From Bigelowiella natans CCMP2755 (lineage: Eukaryota; Protista; Cercozoa): a DNA stretch of 64,000 bases. Shown one piece after another: positions 51,329 to 64,000 of the stretch; position 1 is the first letter of the stretch; each line of letters opens with the position of its first letter. The translations under genes and the position numbers were made by a program. The DNA lies in assembly GCA_000320545.1 (NCBI GenBank), contig ADNK01001625.1, positions 55,316-119,315 of the forward strand, written 5' to 3'. The notes under the pieces were generated by a model. The model saw only the letters and a program-made list of their open reading frames with translations. It searched no databases and had not been told where the DNA came from.

Positions 51329-52116
51329 ATGGACGATATAGCCAAACGCAAAAGTAGATGGAGGCAGTACTGTCATCGTCGCATCTACGAGAGGGCAAGA
51401 GAGGGTTTAAAGACACCAGATCGTACTCCCAAAGTCCATGGATCTCTCCTTGCATTAGGAGAGCTTCTAGGAAAGGCTCGCGAGTAATGAATGAGATGAT
51501 GATCATGATCATGACGACACAGGCTTTTCCTCCTATTGAGAAGAATCGATGCTACGTTTCGCAACATATGATTTGCAGCAATATCTTTGGAAGGAATTTA
51601 TATTTTGAGAACGTGAATCATCCAGATTGTGATTGCTGATGTTGTGTACTCCTATTGTATCCTGTCGATATAATCATAATGGTATAATAATGATAATAAT
51701 AATAATAATAAGGTTCATGATAGTCTCGGGGCAGTTTACTGAAACCTCCGAATTGATCATGAGGACTATGGTCGTCAAGAGCAACACAATACGTCAAACT
51801 ATCATATCACTTCTCCCGCCGCTTGCGACGATATCACCCAGACGCTTTGCGAGGCAGTATTTACGTGGATCGATTAAGTTCATCATGGATGGGTTGAAAC
51901 AGTCAAGCTCATGGACCCTTCCCAGCTCTTATCTGGCTCTGGGAGAGCTCGCAATAGCAGTGGGTAAGTAAGAAAGAACACGTGTCGGAGAATGTGGTAT
52001 CTCCATCACGCGTGTGAGCATATTCAGATCCTACTTCTGCTTTATTTTCCTTTTTGATTTTTGGTTTTACTATGTTACGTTATATTGAGCACTGCCATCC
52101 AGCCATCCACGCATTG

Positions 52117-52149
<33 letters not shown>

Positions 52150-52339
52150 ATGTAGGACCTGCCATTCTGCCATTCCTGGATACGGTGATATCACTTGTCA
52201 AAGAGGGACTGCAGATGCGTAAGAACAACTACAGTGAGGCCGCCCTCAGCTGTCTTTCCATGCTTGCAAGAGCTCAAGGGGTCACCAGCATTTCTTTTTT
52301 GTTTAATTAGTTTGTTCGATTCTTCCCTCCCTCCTACTG

Positions 52340-52370
<31 letters not shown>

Positions 52371-53667
52371 TATCATTCACCATTCCTTGTTTCGGAAATA
52401 GGTCGAGCTAGAGCACTACGCAGATGATATCGTGGAGAAGATGTTTTCTCATTGTCCATTCAGCAAAGAGATGGTAAAATAGAGAGGCACTGATAAATGA
52501 TAATGATGACGATGACATGCAAAATCCAACTCTTATTTCCACACGAAAGTTTAAGAGCGGTCTATATTGGAACAATAGCAACAATTTCTATAATCTGTGC
52601 ATATATAGCTTATTATTATTATTATTATTTTCTGAATTGATCCGTTACAATAATCCGATTTGAAAGGTGAGTACCTTGTCGCATCTAGTCATGAGCTCCC
52701 CAGAAAAACTCATATTGGTCAGTAGTAAAGCATCCTTGAAATTCATCGAGATTCCACTTGTACTTTTACGTGTTGTTATTGTCAAAAGTAGTAGATACTC
52801 CTTCTCTCCCTTTTAGACTATCACTCACTATTGTTGTTTATTACTCACTGCCTTCTCTTTCTCTTTCTCAGGTTCAGGACCGGCTACTTTCTACATTATC
52901 ATCCATTCTTTCAGCGAAAGACCAAAAATCCTTCAATACTCTCATCAACAACGGTTGTTCTCCCTTGTTATCAGACATATCTTCCTCCTCCCCCTCCTCC
53001 TCTTCCCATGTATGTGTTTAGTGACAATTATCATCTTCTGCTTCAATAGTTTCTAGAACTAGAAGCAAGGCATAATTTTCTAGTTGTCGGTTTTTTTTTT
53101 AATTGAAATTTAAAAACTGATCGAAAAAGAGGAATATACACTTCAACGATGACTCTCTTCTCCCATTGATGGTCATTCATAATTGGAACCGACCGACACA
53201 CGATAATCAACTATCAGGTGGCATATACACATCGCCAGCCTTGGAACAATCAAGCAGTAAAAAGTCTCCTCTGCTGCATCCTCTTTCACCGGTCGTGTAA
53301 ATATCATTATCATCATCATCGTTACTTACGACAAACCGTCCACACCAATAACGGCATGTGACCGAGAGAAAGCAACATATGAACAGGCAGTTTTTCAGAT
53401 TGTTATTGGAATAATCCATCTCCTCTGACTGAGGAGCATTTTTTTTTCCCCCCCCCCCCCCCCCCTACATTATGTGTCAACTGACTGACTGGCTGCTGGA
53501 TTTTGTGAATGATTGTAATAATTATTGCAGGTAAGCTTTCTTGCCTCAATTCCGAAAGGATCAACGACGACGGGGCCTTCTTCCATGTCAAAGTTCTCCC
53601 TAGGACCATCGATGCTACAAAAATCGGTATTAAATAGTAACAATTAGAATTATAAATGTTTTAGTTA

Positions 53668-53700
<33 letters not shown>

Positions 53701-53722
53701 GAAGCTATGAGTGTGATTGTCG

Positions 53723-53758
<36 letters not shown>

Positions 53759-54411
53759 TATTTCTTGTACAAAGGACCCGGTGAACCAGCAATCAGCTGC
53801 CAGAAAGGCTGCTGCTTTGCAGACGTTAGGCACGTTTAATTTCCGAAATCTGAAGGAGATAAACTTGCTCAGGTGTGGATCATTAGAGCATGTTGGATGC
53901 TACAGTGCTACTACTACTTTGTGATTGCAGTAGTAACACGAATAGCAAAAGAAAGAAAGTTATCACATCATTATATATCAGTGTTGATTAATCTTGGTTG
54001 AGATATAAATACTGTGATGATACTATGAAGATTTGCCTCGACGACGGTTGTCCCGTTCCTGAACCATGAGAGAGCAACTCTAAGAAAGGAAGCTGGTGTT
54101 GCCTTGTGCAAGCTTATACTTGGTAGTGTTGTCATGACTAACAACAACAACAACAACTACTCACGTGTAAATTCAATTATGATGATAACCCTAATGATAT
54201 TAATGACAGAGTTGATGAGACGCTGATGATGTTCCCCCGACTTTGTGACTACGACTTTGTGACTACTACTTAGGAATGCTGTCTGAGATCGAGGAGGGAA
54301 GGCATATTGCTCAGATTATCTTTGATATTCTGAAACGTGTTGCTTCTGTAGCTATCTCCGACTCCGAACGTAAGTTAACTACTGGTGTAAAATCAACGGA
54401 TTATCCATCAC

Positions 54412-54447
<36 letters not shown>

Positions 54448-54852
54448 TCACAGGCACCATTCGCCTTGCACTATTACAATCGTTCAAAGTACCTCTGGAC
54501 AAGTATGCGTGCCAGGTGAGAAGAATTGCTCGAAAATTATTATTGTCATTATCATTATTATCATTATTATTATTATTACGATATTATATGTGTCGGCATC
54601 GTTGTATGACGTCGTGTGAACAACCTTGAATAGATAGCTGGATGATGACAGCTACAACGACGATTTCTAGATAGTTCTTATTTGTTATATTGTTTGTTGC
54701 TGTTGTTTTTGTTGTTGTTGGTGGTGATGGTGATGGTTGTCTCATCCCTCTAGGTGGGTATCTTATCGATTCTATTCCCTGCCCTCAACGATGAAGCTTT
54801 GGAGAATCGCCATCAGGTACCTACAACAGTAGTGGTAGTGGTAGTAGTAGTG

Positions 54853-54884
<32 letters not shown>

Positions 54885-55913
54885 CGTGGTAGTAGCAGTA
54901 GCCGTAGTATATTTTAGGTATACGAATGTGTGAGGTCATATCTATCGTAATCATCATCTTTTTCTTTTCGTTGTAGGCTATCACCCTTCTTGGACGCCTC
55001 TCCCAACACAACCCTGCGTAATTATAGCAGCATAGCAGCAGTAGTAGTAGTAATAGTAGTAGTAGTAGTAGTGATTTATGATTTAGATCGTTACCATTCG
55101 GAGATAAATAGCTGTTGTTGTTGTTGTTTTTGATGATGATGATGGGGTTGTTGCTGTGATGTTTTCAGGTACGTACTACCGCAGCTCCGTAAGATGCTTC
55201 TGCAGCTATTGGACCAGCTTGACCAATTTGGTGACAACAACAACAACAACAACAGTATACCTTCTTAATCATCACATTAGCTCAAGATCCTCCTCCTCCT
55301 GTTGCTCCTTCTTCTTCTTCTTCTTCTTCTTCTAATACTACTACTACTACTATTCCTCTTCTCACTTTCTCTCTCTTCCCACCATTACCACCATCAGACG
55401 ACGGTCCTGAGCTGGAAGAGAGCGCCTTTCTTCTTGGACATTTGCTTGTGGCGTGCCCCTTGCTCGTGAAGCCCTACGTTCTTCGCATATCCAATGTATT
55501 CCTTCATATGTATAGATGGGGGCGGCATCAGCATCGACACACTACGACGACGACGACGACGACGACGATGATGATGATATAGTCTTTGAGTCGGGGGGAA
55601 GTATCATCAAACAACTCATATGTTTTATATTTTGATATATATATATATATATATATATATTTATTTATTTATATATGAACAGATAAAAAAACACATCAAC
55701 AGCTTTTGCGCCTCCTCTCTCCTCCCTCCTCCTCTCTCCTCCCTCCTCCTCCTCCTCCTTACTACAGAGCTACCATGATGTGAGGTGTTGTTGTTTTGTT
55801 GATATGGTATGTATTATTAGGTATTGGTCTCCAAGTTTGAAAGCAATGGTGAGAGTAGTTCTGAAATAGTTACTCATATACTACGACGAGAAATAGATGA
55901 TAAAGAAGATGAA

Positions 55914-55946
<33 letters not shown>

Positions 55947-57416
55947 AGGGCAGCTAGGAGATAATCAATTAGTGGAAGAAGTAGAAGAAGAAGAGAAGTA
56001 GAATCAACTACCCCTCCTCCACGCGATTATTCTCAATGTCTTCTTGTGGCTATTGCTGTCTTAATCATTATTATTCTCGGTACTACTTACTTACTTACTT
56101 ACTTACTCTTTGGTACTTGTGGTTTCTCCCCCCCCCCGTTAATCCCACCCATTGCCTCCTTTAAAGGTTTAAAAAGCTCAAAGATATGGAATCGAAACCT
56201 GTTCCATTCTCACGCGTACTATAAGTCTCCGCTCGCATCTTCTATGCTGCCTGCACACTCGTCGTATGCAGGATCATTGACAGCACCGGGTAATACTACA
56301 TCCTCCTCCTCCTCCTCCTCCTCTTCTGCCGCTGCAGCAGCCGCAGTTGTTGCTATAGGTCAAGATCAATCACCGGTTCTAACGGGAGGAGTGGAGCCAT
56401 CATCATCATCATCATCATCAACAACCCCCCCCTTGAAGCCATTATTATCATCGTCGTCAGCAACATCATCATCATCTACACACCAACAACCAATGTCGGG
56501 CTTTGCCACCTCCTCGATCTCCTCCTCATCGTCGTCGTCATCTTCAAGGATGCTGCTGTCGTGGGGAGCGGGTGGTCATTTAATATGGGCAATCGGCGAG
56601 TTAGCATCATCTTTCGTAGCATCAAACGCCGATTTCACCAAACATCTTGACAAACTGCTCCCTCTCATCATCGACGCCTTACAAGACGATACGATCTCAT
56701 CTGGGAAACGCATGGTGGCAGTAAGGGCTTTGGGGAAGCTCGTGCAAGGCACAGCATACGCTATTCATCCATACGTCAAGTACCCGAAGCTACTGCCGAC
56801 AATGCTGGCAGCAGTGAGAAATGAGCACAATTGGATTACGCGGAGAGAGGTGATTAGGACGTTGGGTATTCTTGGAGCAAGAGATCCCCTTCTCTGTAAA
56901 AACGAACTCGATAAGAAAGAAGACGATCTCGGAGGGGGCGGGGGAGGAAATACGTCAGGAAAGTCAAGAACAGCGGCAGCAGAGGGAGGAGGCGGAGGAG
57001 GGGGGGGGGCAATGAGAGGGAGAGATGGAAGAAGAGACAAGAAAGATGAAGAAGGCGGTGGTACTCATGATGATGATAGCACAAAGAACAGCACCATGGC
57101 AGAGAATGCTAACAACAATAAAGGAGGTGCTGCTGCTGCTGCAGCCAAAAGACGACGTGATAGGAGGAGGAAGAATATGAAGAAGAAGAAGAAGCTATGT
57201 GAGGATGATGGTGATGACGATGATGATGACAATAGCATGGAAGGGGCTACTTCAATCACTGCAAATACTACAAACTCCTCGGTCCGTCACCTAAATCAAT
57301 ATTAACCGTATTTAATATATATATTTCAATAACTATTCCTTATCTTATCATCATCATCACCATCACTGAGCTCTGCAGCTGCAGCTCTTTTAACCATCTT
57401 TTTCCCTACTACTCTG

Positions 57417-57449
<33 letters not shown>

Positions 57450-57634
57450 CTACTACCACTGCTACTACCACCACTACCACCTGTAGATAAGCGAAATGGT
57501 GCTCGGTGTGAGCAGCCATGGATGTGTTGGCACTGAGGGTTTCTACGCAAAGAAAGCTACCACATCCCTGTTCGATATACTGAGGAATAGCAAGCTGAAA
57601 CAGCACCATGCGAAAGTGATTCAGGTGGGCCTTG

Positions 57635-57665
<31 letters not shown>

Positions 57666-57713
57666 TTCTACGATCAGTTAGTTGTACTACTATATCCATG
57701 CATACAATGCATG

Positions 57714-57748
<35 letters not shown>

Positions 57749-59065
57749 TGTAAATGCTTTTTATTAATGGATGGAGGCTAAGCATATTATACGCTGATTA
57801 TTCGGGTTGTTCCTTCTTCTTGAGCTTGTTAGCATCGATCATCATTGAATGATCCCCTCTCTCTCTCTTTCTGCTTCTTCTCTCTTCTTCCTGCTGTTGT
57901 TCTTCTTGCAGGCTGTAATGTTCATATTCCAAAGTTTGGGCTCTAGATGCGTGGGGTTCATGCCTCATACATTACCACTGTTCTCGGACGTAATACAACG
58001 ATACATTGATGATGCTGCTAATCACGATGATGATGATGATGATCATGATGATCATGATGATCATGGTACCTGTCAATAGGTTTTGTGGACTTGTGACTCT
58101 GCTAATCGGATGATGTTCTTCTCGCAACTAAATGGCCTCATAAGGATTGTTGGTATGTCATTAGAAGATGATGATGATGATGATGATGATGATGAGAAAT
58201 ATCAGAGGGGGGATGGGATGCTATATACGTGTATTGATGCCAAAGATTGTAATGCTGCTGATATGAAGAGATGGGATCATACTCTTCCTTTAAATTCTAA
58301 AGCAATAGTAGTTCTAATAAAATAACTTCGTTCTTTTTCTCTTCCCCCGCCCCCCCCCCCCTTCTCATGAACTTCGTTTACAACAGGTCATCACATATCG
58401 CCCTACATGGATGAGGTACGTGAAGTTGTGTAGCAAATTTTCTGCTTTTGCCCGGCTATTGTAGTTTGCTTCTATCCGTTTATTTGTGGGTTGGCTGGTG
58501 CTATTACAAATATTTTATTGAATACATCGTACTTCTGCTGCCTACTACTGCTACCTGAATTATTCGTTCTTGATCACTTTTTCCTTTCTTAACCACTCCT
58601 CTCTCCCCCTCCCCCCCTCTCTTCTCCGACAACCATTGCAAGATTGTATCCGTGGTGTTGGAGTTCTGGCCGAATACATCGCTACAATCCTCCATTTTGA
58701 TTCTCATCGAGGATCTCTCTGATGCACTTAATGAAGATCAGTTTATTCCTCATCTGCCCAGTATCATACCAAGCATCTTAGCAGTCTTGCACGAAGACCG
58801 CTCGCCCTCAAGAGAAAGGTAAAGAAGAGTAGGAGAGGAAAAGGATAATACCATGCAACGACGCTGATAGGATGATACTCTGCTCTTAAGAATGATCAAA
58901 CGTCAACCTCCTTTCACCTCCTACACACACACACACACTATATTATATATATATATAGATCATTTCGGGCTCTAAAGGCTTTGGAGACTCTTGCGTTGAA
59001 TGGAAATCTGAACAGCTCTCTGTCTACGGTTGGTTGTTTGCTGCTGCTGCTGCTGCCTTGTTGTG

Positions 59066-59100
<35 letters not shown>

Positions 59101-59434
59101 ACTTCCCTACTACCAGGTTATACCCTCGTTAACGGCTGCTTTCAATCGAGGAGGGGGAGGGGGAGGAGGAGGAGGAGGAAAAGGGAAGGAATCAAGCAGC
59201 TCGGATGTGGTCATCATTTACTTGTTACTGCTACTACTCGCAAATCTTTATAATCTCTTTCTCTTTCTTCCTCTCTCTCCCCTCCTTCCATAGACACAAA
59301 TATTGAAGACGCCATTGACGATCTTCCACCGAATCATCCAGATCTTGGGAATTCTCTGCGAGGTGATAACAGTACTCACTGCTACTAATACTACTATGAG
59401 TTATTATCCTAATTATCCTCACATTTCTTCTCAC

Positions 59435-59467
<33 letters not shown>

Positions 59468-60894
59468 TTAAATGACGCTGTTTAGACCGGCGAAATCCAA
59501 GATCATGCCTGCAGGGTGCTCCAACCGCTCTCAAGACTTGTAGCTAAGTAATCCATTCTCACTATCCATTCATTACATAAATGATGCTACTCACGAGACG
59601 TATGGATGTTCATATGCTCATCTGCTGTGTTGATTTCTTACGAAAGTAGGGTGCATTTGCATCATATGTCCTGTGCGCAGTTTTCTCTCGCCAATCAACA
59701 TCCCCAACAAAAACAACAAGAACAACAACATTGAATAACCAACAACACATCTCTTTTTTTAAGGTACCCATCCCTGCGAGGTGTGATCCTAGAGGCCATC
59801 TGCACTCTCGTCTCAACGTTAGGCATGTCGTTTATGATTTACGCGCCGGTAATCTCGGGTATAGTCAACAAGTGCCGGGATGTAAAAGACCGCTCATTAC
59901 TCCGGAGGTAGTAGCAATAAAAGCAGCTGTTTGACACGATCATCAGCATCATCATCATCATTATCATCATTATCTACCTCTTCATCATCTGATTGTCGTA
60001 CTCGCTTTAGTGCTAATCCTCCTCCTCCTCCTCCTCCTCCTCCTCCTCCTCGTCCCTGTTCTATAGATATCGATCGATCGTGTCGTCGTTACTGAGGCAT
60101 ATTCAGGAGAGACGCAAAGAGAACCTAGCACTCTCTGGCTGCCATGTATGTAGTAGAGAAGATATAAGCATAATGACGATTGGAGAAATAATAACAATAA
60201 TAATAACAATAAGAAGAAGGAGAAGTGAAGCGTAGAAACAGCAGTAACAGCAGCGTCTGTCTTGTTGATCATCACCGTGTCGTCTCCCATGAGAATCGGA
60301 ATATCTTGTCACCTTTCTTAGTTATACTCGGTGGTACTTAGTTAAATAGTGCTGGTGGTGGTGGTAGTGTTGGTGGTAGTTTGGGAAAGAATATAGTCTT
60401 CAATTAGCTGCTGTTCCCTGGATGACACCATCATCATCATCACCACCATCACCATCATCATCATCATCATCACCATTCTGGTACATCGTATTACTACTAG
60501 GTCGTTGGGCAGGATACATTCCAAGAAGCTGTTGATAAGCTTGCTTCGGAAATTGAGTCTGCAATCAGCTCCTCAGGAGGGGGGGGGGTTGGAGGAGGAG
60601 GAGGAGGAGGAGGAGGAGGAGGAGGAGGAGGATTTGGTGCTGATCTTGACAGCGAGTTGAGGGTGCTGCAGTACGATTTAAAGCATGCTGATGGTGGGGG
60701 AGGAGGAGGAGGCGGCGGTGGTGGTGGTAGTGGCACTAACAGTGATGGGAATAATGCTACTACTACTACTACTACTACTGCAGATCATCGCAATGATGAT
60801 GGTGGTACTTCTACGAGTGCTGGTGGTGGTGGTGGTGGTGGTGGTTTTCGTAGGAGATGGCGCGCTACCTACAGAGCAAGACTGAGGCAAAGGT

Positions 60895-60942
<48 letters not shown>

Positions 60943-61103
60943 TGTGTGTTTTCCCCTTCTTTCTCTCTTTCTTATTATTGAATTCCTTTCTTCTTCTTCT
61001 TCTTCTTCTTCTTCTTTTCCATCAACTTCCTCAAGACGATCTTCCGGCAAACGAAGAAAGGGGCCTGTACCTCAACAGCTCCAAGTAGATAACATCCCAA
61101 CAA

Positions 61104-61142
<39 letters not shown>

Positions 61143-61350
61143 ATCTCTATGTCTTTCCCATAATTGTGGTTGTTGTATGTGTTCTCCTGTGTCTTCATTA
61201 GCATCTAAAAGTATGATGATGATCATGATGGTGATGATGGCGCAGAAGAGTCGAATCAAAGACTCTTATTCTTCTTCTTTTTCTTCTCCTTCCCCTTGTT
61301 ACCTGTTGTATCTATTCTTGCTTAATTAACACTTGTCGCAACTGCCGCTG

Positions 61351-61384
<34 letters not shown>

Positions 61385-61451
61385 AGGTCAATCAAAAGAA
61401 CCTCAAGGATGCGTGGAATTCAACCAAATGCCATCGGTTTGTCATTCTGTC

Positions 61452-61485
<34 letters not shown>

Positions 61486-61501
61486 GTTTTGCTTTATCAA
61501 C

Positions 61502-61534
<33 letters not shown>

Positions 61535-62833
61535 CAGTAATGATAATAACAATAATGATAATTACAACAACAAGGCGTGAAGACTGGGTTCAATGGATGC
61601 AAGGTTTCTCAATCGAGCTGCTCAAAGAATCACCTTCGCCTACTCTAAGAGCATGCTCGGAACTCGCTAGAAAGTAAGAAGAATGGTGGTTCAGAAAGTG
61701 GACGACTATCATACGTTCATACGGCCATAAAAGAAGTAGCAGCCTTCCAACGAATGACCAAAACTATAAAACCACAAGATTCTTTTTTATCATCATCATC
61801 ATCATCATATATCACGATTATCGTTATCATCATTATTGAAAATAGGAAAACGAATTTTGATGATCATCACATGAATGAGACTAACAATATGTATGTAAAT
61901 GAATGTACATATTATTCCACAGATACCAGCCACTGGCAAGAGAGCTCTTCAACCCTGCCTTTGTTTCTTGCTGGTGATAAGATATCAATCAATAACTCAT
62001 GCGTATCATGTAAGAAGAAGGCCCACGGAAACACCCTATTTACTCCTCCTTCTCCTCCTCCTCCTACTACTACTACTACAATAACAGGATTGCTCTTGAC
62101 GATAGTCTTCAAGATGAGCTTATCTACCATCTAGAATTGGCACTGCAGGCTGCAAACATTCCACACGAGATTGTACAGTTGCTCCTCAACCTAGGTGTGT
62201 TGTTACTGGACTTTATTGTAATGGTGCTAGTATTGTTATTATCATCATTATCATCAAGTTGTGTTGATTGATTGTGGGAAGGATGATCGTGGTAGAGGTA
62301 GTAGTAGTAGTAGTAGGAAGCAACACTACTAGTAAGACAAGAAAGAAGAAACATTCCCAAGTGTATCATCATCATTTTCGGCTGAAAAAACTGGCTGAAG
62401 TCGGTGATACTGAGGCAGTTAATTCCAATGACAGTTGAGTTCATGGAGAAGCAAGGAAGGCCTCTTCTTATTGACGTCAGGCTGCTTGGAACATTAGCAG
62501 AACGGTACTAAGACCAACCTAATACCTCAAATGCCAGCGAAATATATATTATTTAATGATGAATGATACTAGCAATACTTATTCGTAGTGAATACAATAT
62601 GCATTTATCTATCGATTCTCTCTTAACCGCTCTTTCTTCCTACTCTCATATGATGACAAAATGACATTCTGAAAATGATAAAAAATGTGAAATAAAAAGG
62701 TTCCACGCGTACGCTAAAGCGCTGCACTACAGAGAGCAGCACTTTCGAACGTAAGTTGATTAACACTGCTTGTGGTGGTGGTGGAGAAGTAGGAAAAACA
62801 GTTGTTGTACTGGCTAATGACATTCAACCTAAG

Positions 62834-62868
<35 letters not shown>

Positions 62869-63941
62869 TCATCGCCGTCATCGTTACAATAACTTCTTTG
62901 TTTCATTTTCTTTGCTCTGCTCGCATCGTTAGGTCCCCAAGTAGTGCCATCGAGAAGCTCATAAGCATAAACAATCATCTTCAGGAACCAGAGACTGCAC
63001 AAGGCCTTCTAAAGTCGTAGTAACTAATCGTATCATTGCCATATTGATGGCCTCCTCCTTCACACACACACACACACACACACATTATTTTGTGCTACTA
63101 CACGACTGACTACTGATACATCTTTATTATTCGCAGATACGTCCGCAATTCAAATCTCGCAGAGCTCAAAACCTCGTGGTAATATATAGCATATCTATAT
63201 GTATCTATCTAACCAATCAATATATGACTTGGATATGCTGTTGTGCAATGATGTTTTTGCGAAGGTACGAGAAGCTGGAACACTGGAACGACGCTTTGGA
63301 AGCTTATGAGCTCAAACAGCTCAAAGATCCAGCCTCTGTGTCTTGTAATACTTACTCATCTAATGTTGGGGAGGGGGGGGAGGGAATATACCTCACATCA
63401 TTCTTGGATATGAATTTGGTTGCTGTTGTTTGCTATATCCCTTGTTACAACTGCTGCTGCTGCTGCTACTACTACTACTACTACTACTGCTACTACAATA
63501 CTTAGGCATGCTCGCACGTGCTCGGTGCCTGGATGCTTTGGGGGAATGGGATAGAGCTGTCACCTTGTGCAGGAAGCTGTGGCAAGTCAAAAATGATGAA
63601 CTCAAATCTGTGGTATTATTTTTAGCAATTAGTATTATTATTATTATGATTATTGTTGTTACTTATTCAGAAGAGCAGTAAGAGTGGTTTTTGGGGGGGG
63701 TGGGATGCAGAAGAGACTATTCATATAAATAAATGAATACTAATTTTAAGATAAATTGATCGTTGAAAAAGCTTTATTGAATATCATTACAGTTCAGAGC
63801 AATAGCGATGTCGTTTTTCTACTTTTCCTCCTCCTCCTCCTCCTCCTCCTCCTCCTCCTGTCTGTTGCCTCATACTTTAGGTGGCACCGCTTGCTGCAGC
63901 AGGGGCTTGGAATCTTGGTCAATGGAAATGGTAATCGTAGC

Positions 63942-63984
<43 letters not shown>

Positions 63985-64000
63985 GTGTGTGTGTGTGTAT
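49716..64000 (+). CDS. TOR: Serine/threonine kinase TOR, 5' part (HEAT repeats to start of FAT), many exons; runs off the window end
   Basis: [20 protein letters not shown]; [27 protein letters not shown]; [13 protein letters not shown]; [26 protein letters not shown]; [14 protein letters not shown]; [11 protein letters not shown]; [12 protein letters not shown]; [12 protein letters not shown]. Confidence 0.96.

Overview
Gene-dense, intron-rich eukaryotic nuclear DNA. It is most likely from a chlorarachniophyte-like alga with a secondary green plastid. This is an inference from bipartite signal+transit leaders on Alb3, a CRTISO-like enzyme and an STI1 protein. Reading exons by hand gives, in order: the 3' part of a Ty3/Gypsy LTR retrotransposon, mitochondrial L9, a tubulin-cofactor-A/LOG fusion gene, a plastid SAP-like/STI1 protein, a secreted vanadium-haloperoxidase-like protein, LST8, an MFS transporter, a TBC-PH protein, a Skp1 paralog, DDX1, a CRTISO-like protein, RPL12, cyclin A, Alb3, selenoprotein T with its SECIS, and the 5' part of TOR. 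The standout signal is a strand-symmetric TpA->TpG/CpA (A:T->G:C) hypermutation signature, the reverse of fungal RIP. It has removed nearly all tyrosines from the retrotransposon pol (Tyr->His/Cys) without creating stops. It also marks the spacers downstream of gene 3' ends, spares CTA/TAG (especially CTAG), and is absent from genes, introns and most promoters. This points to a possibly undescribed genome-defence or heterochromatin-linked DNA mutator. All counts are manual and approximate. Gene models come from GT-AG reading and remembered family motifs, not from database searches.
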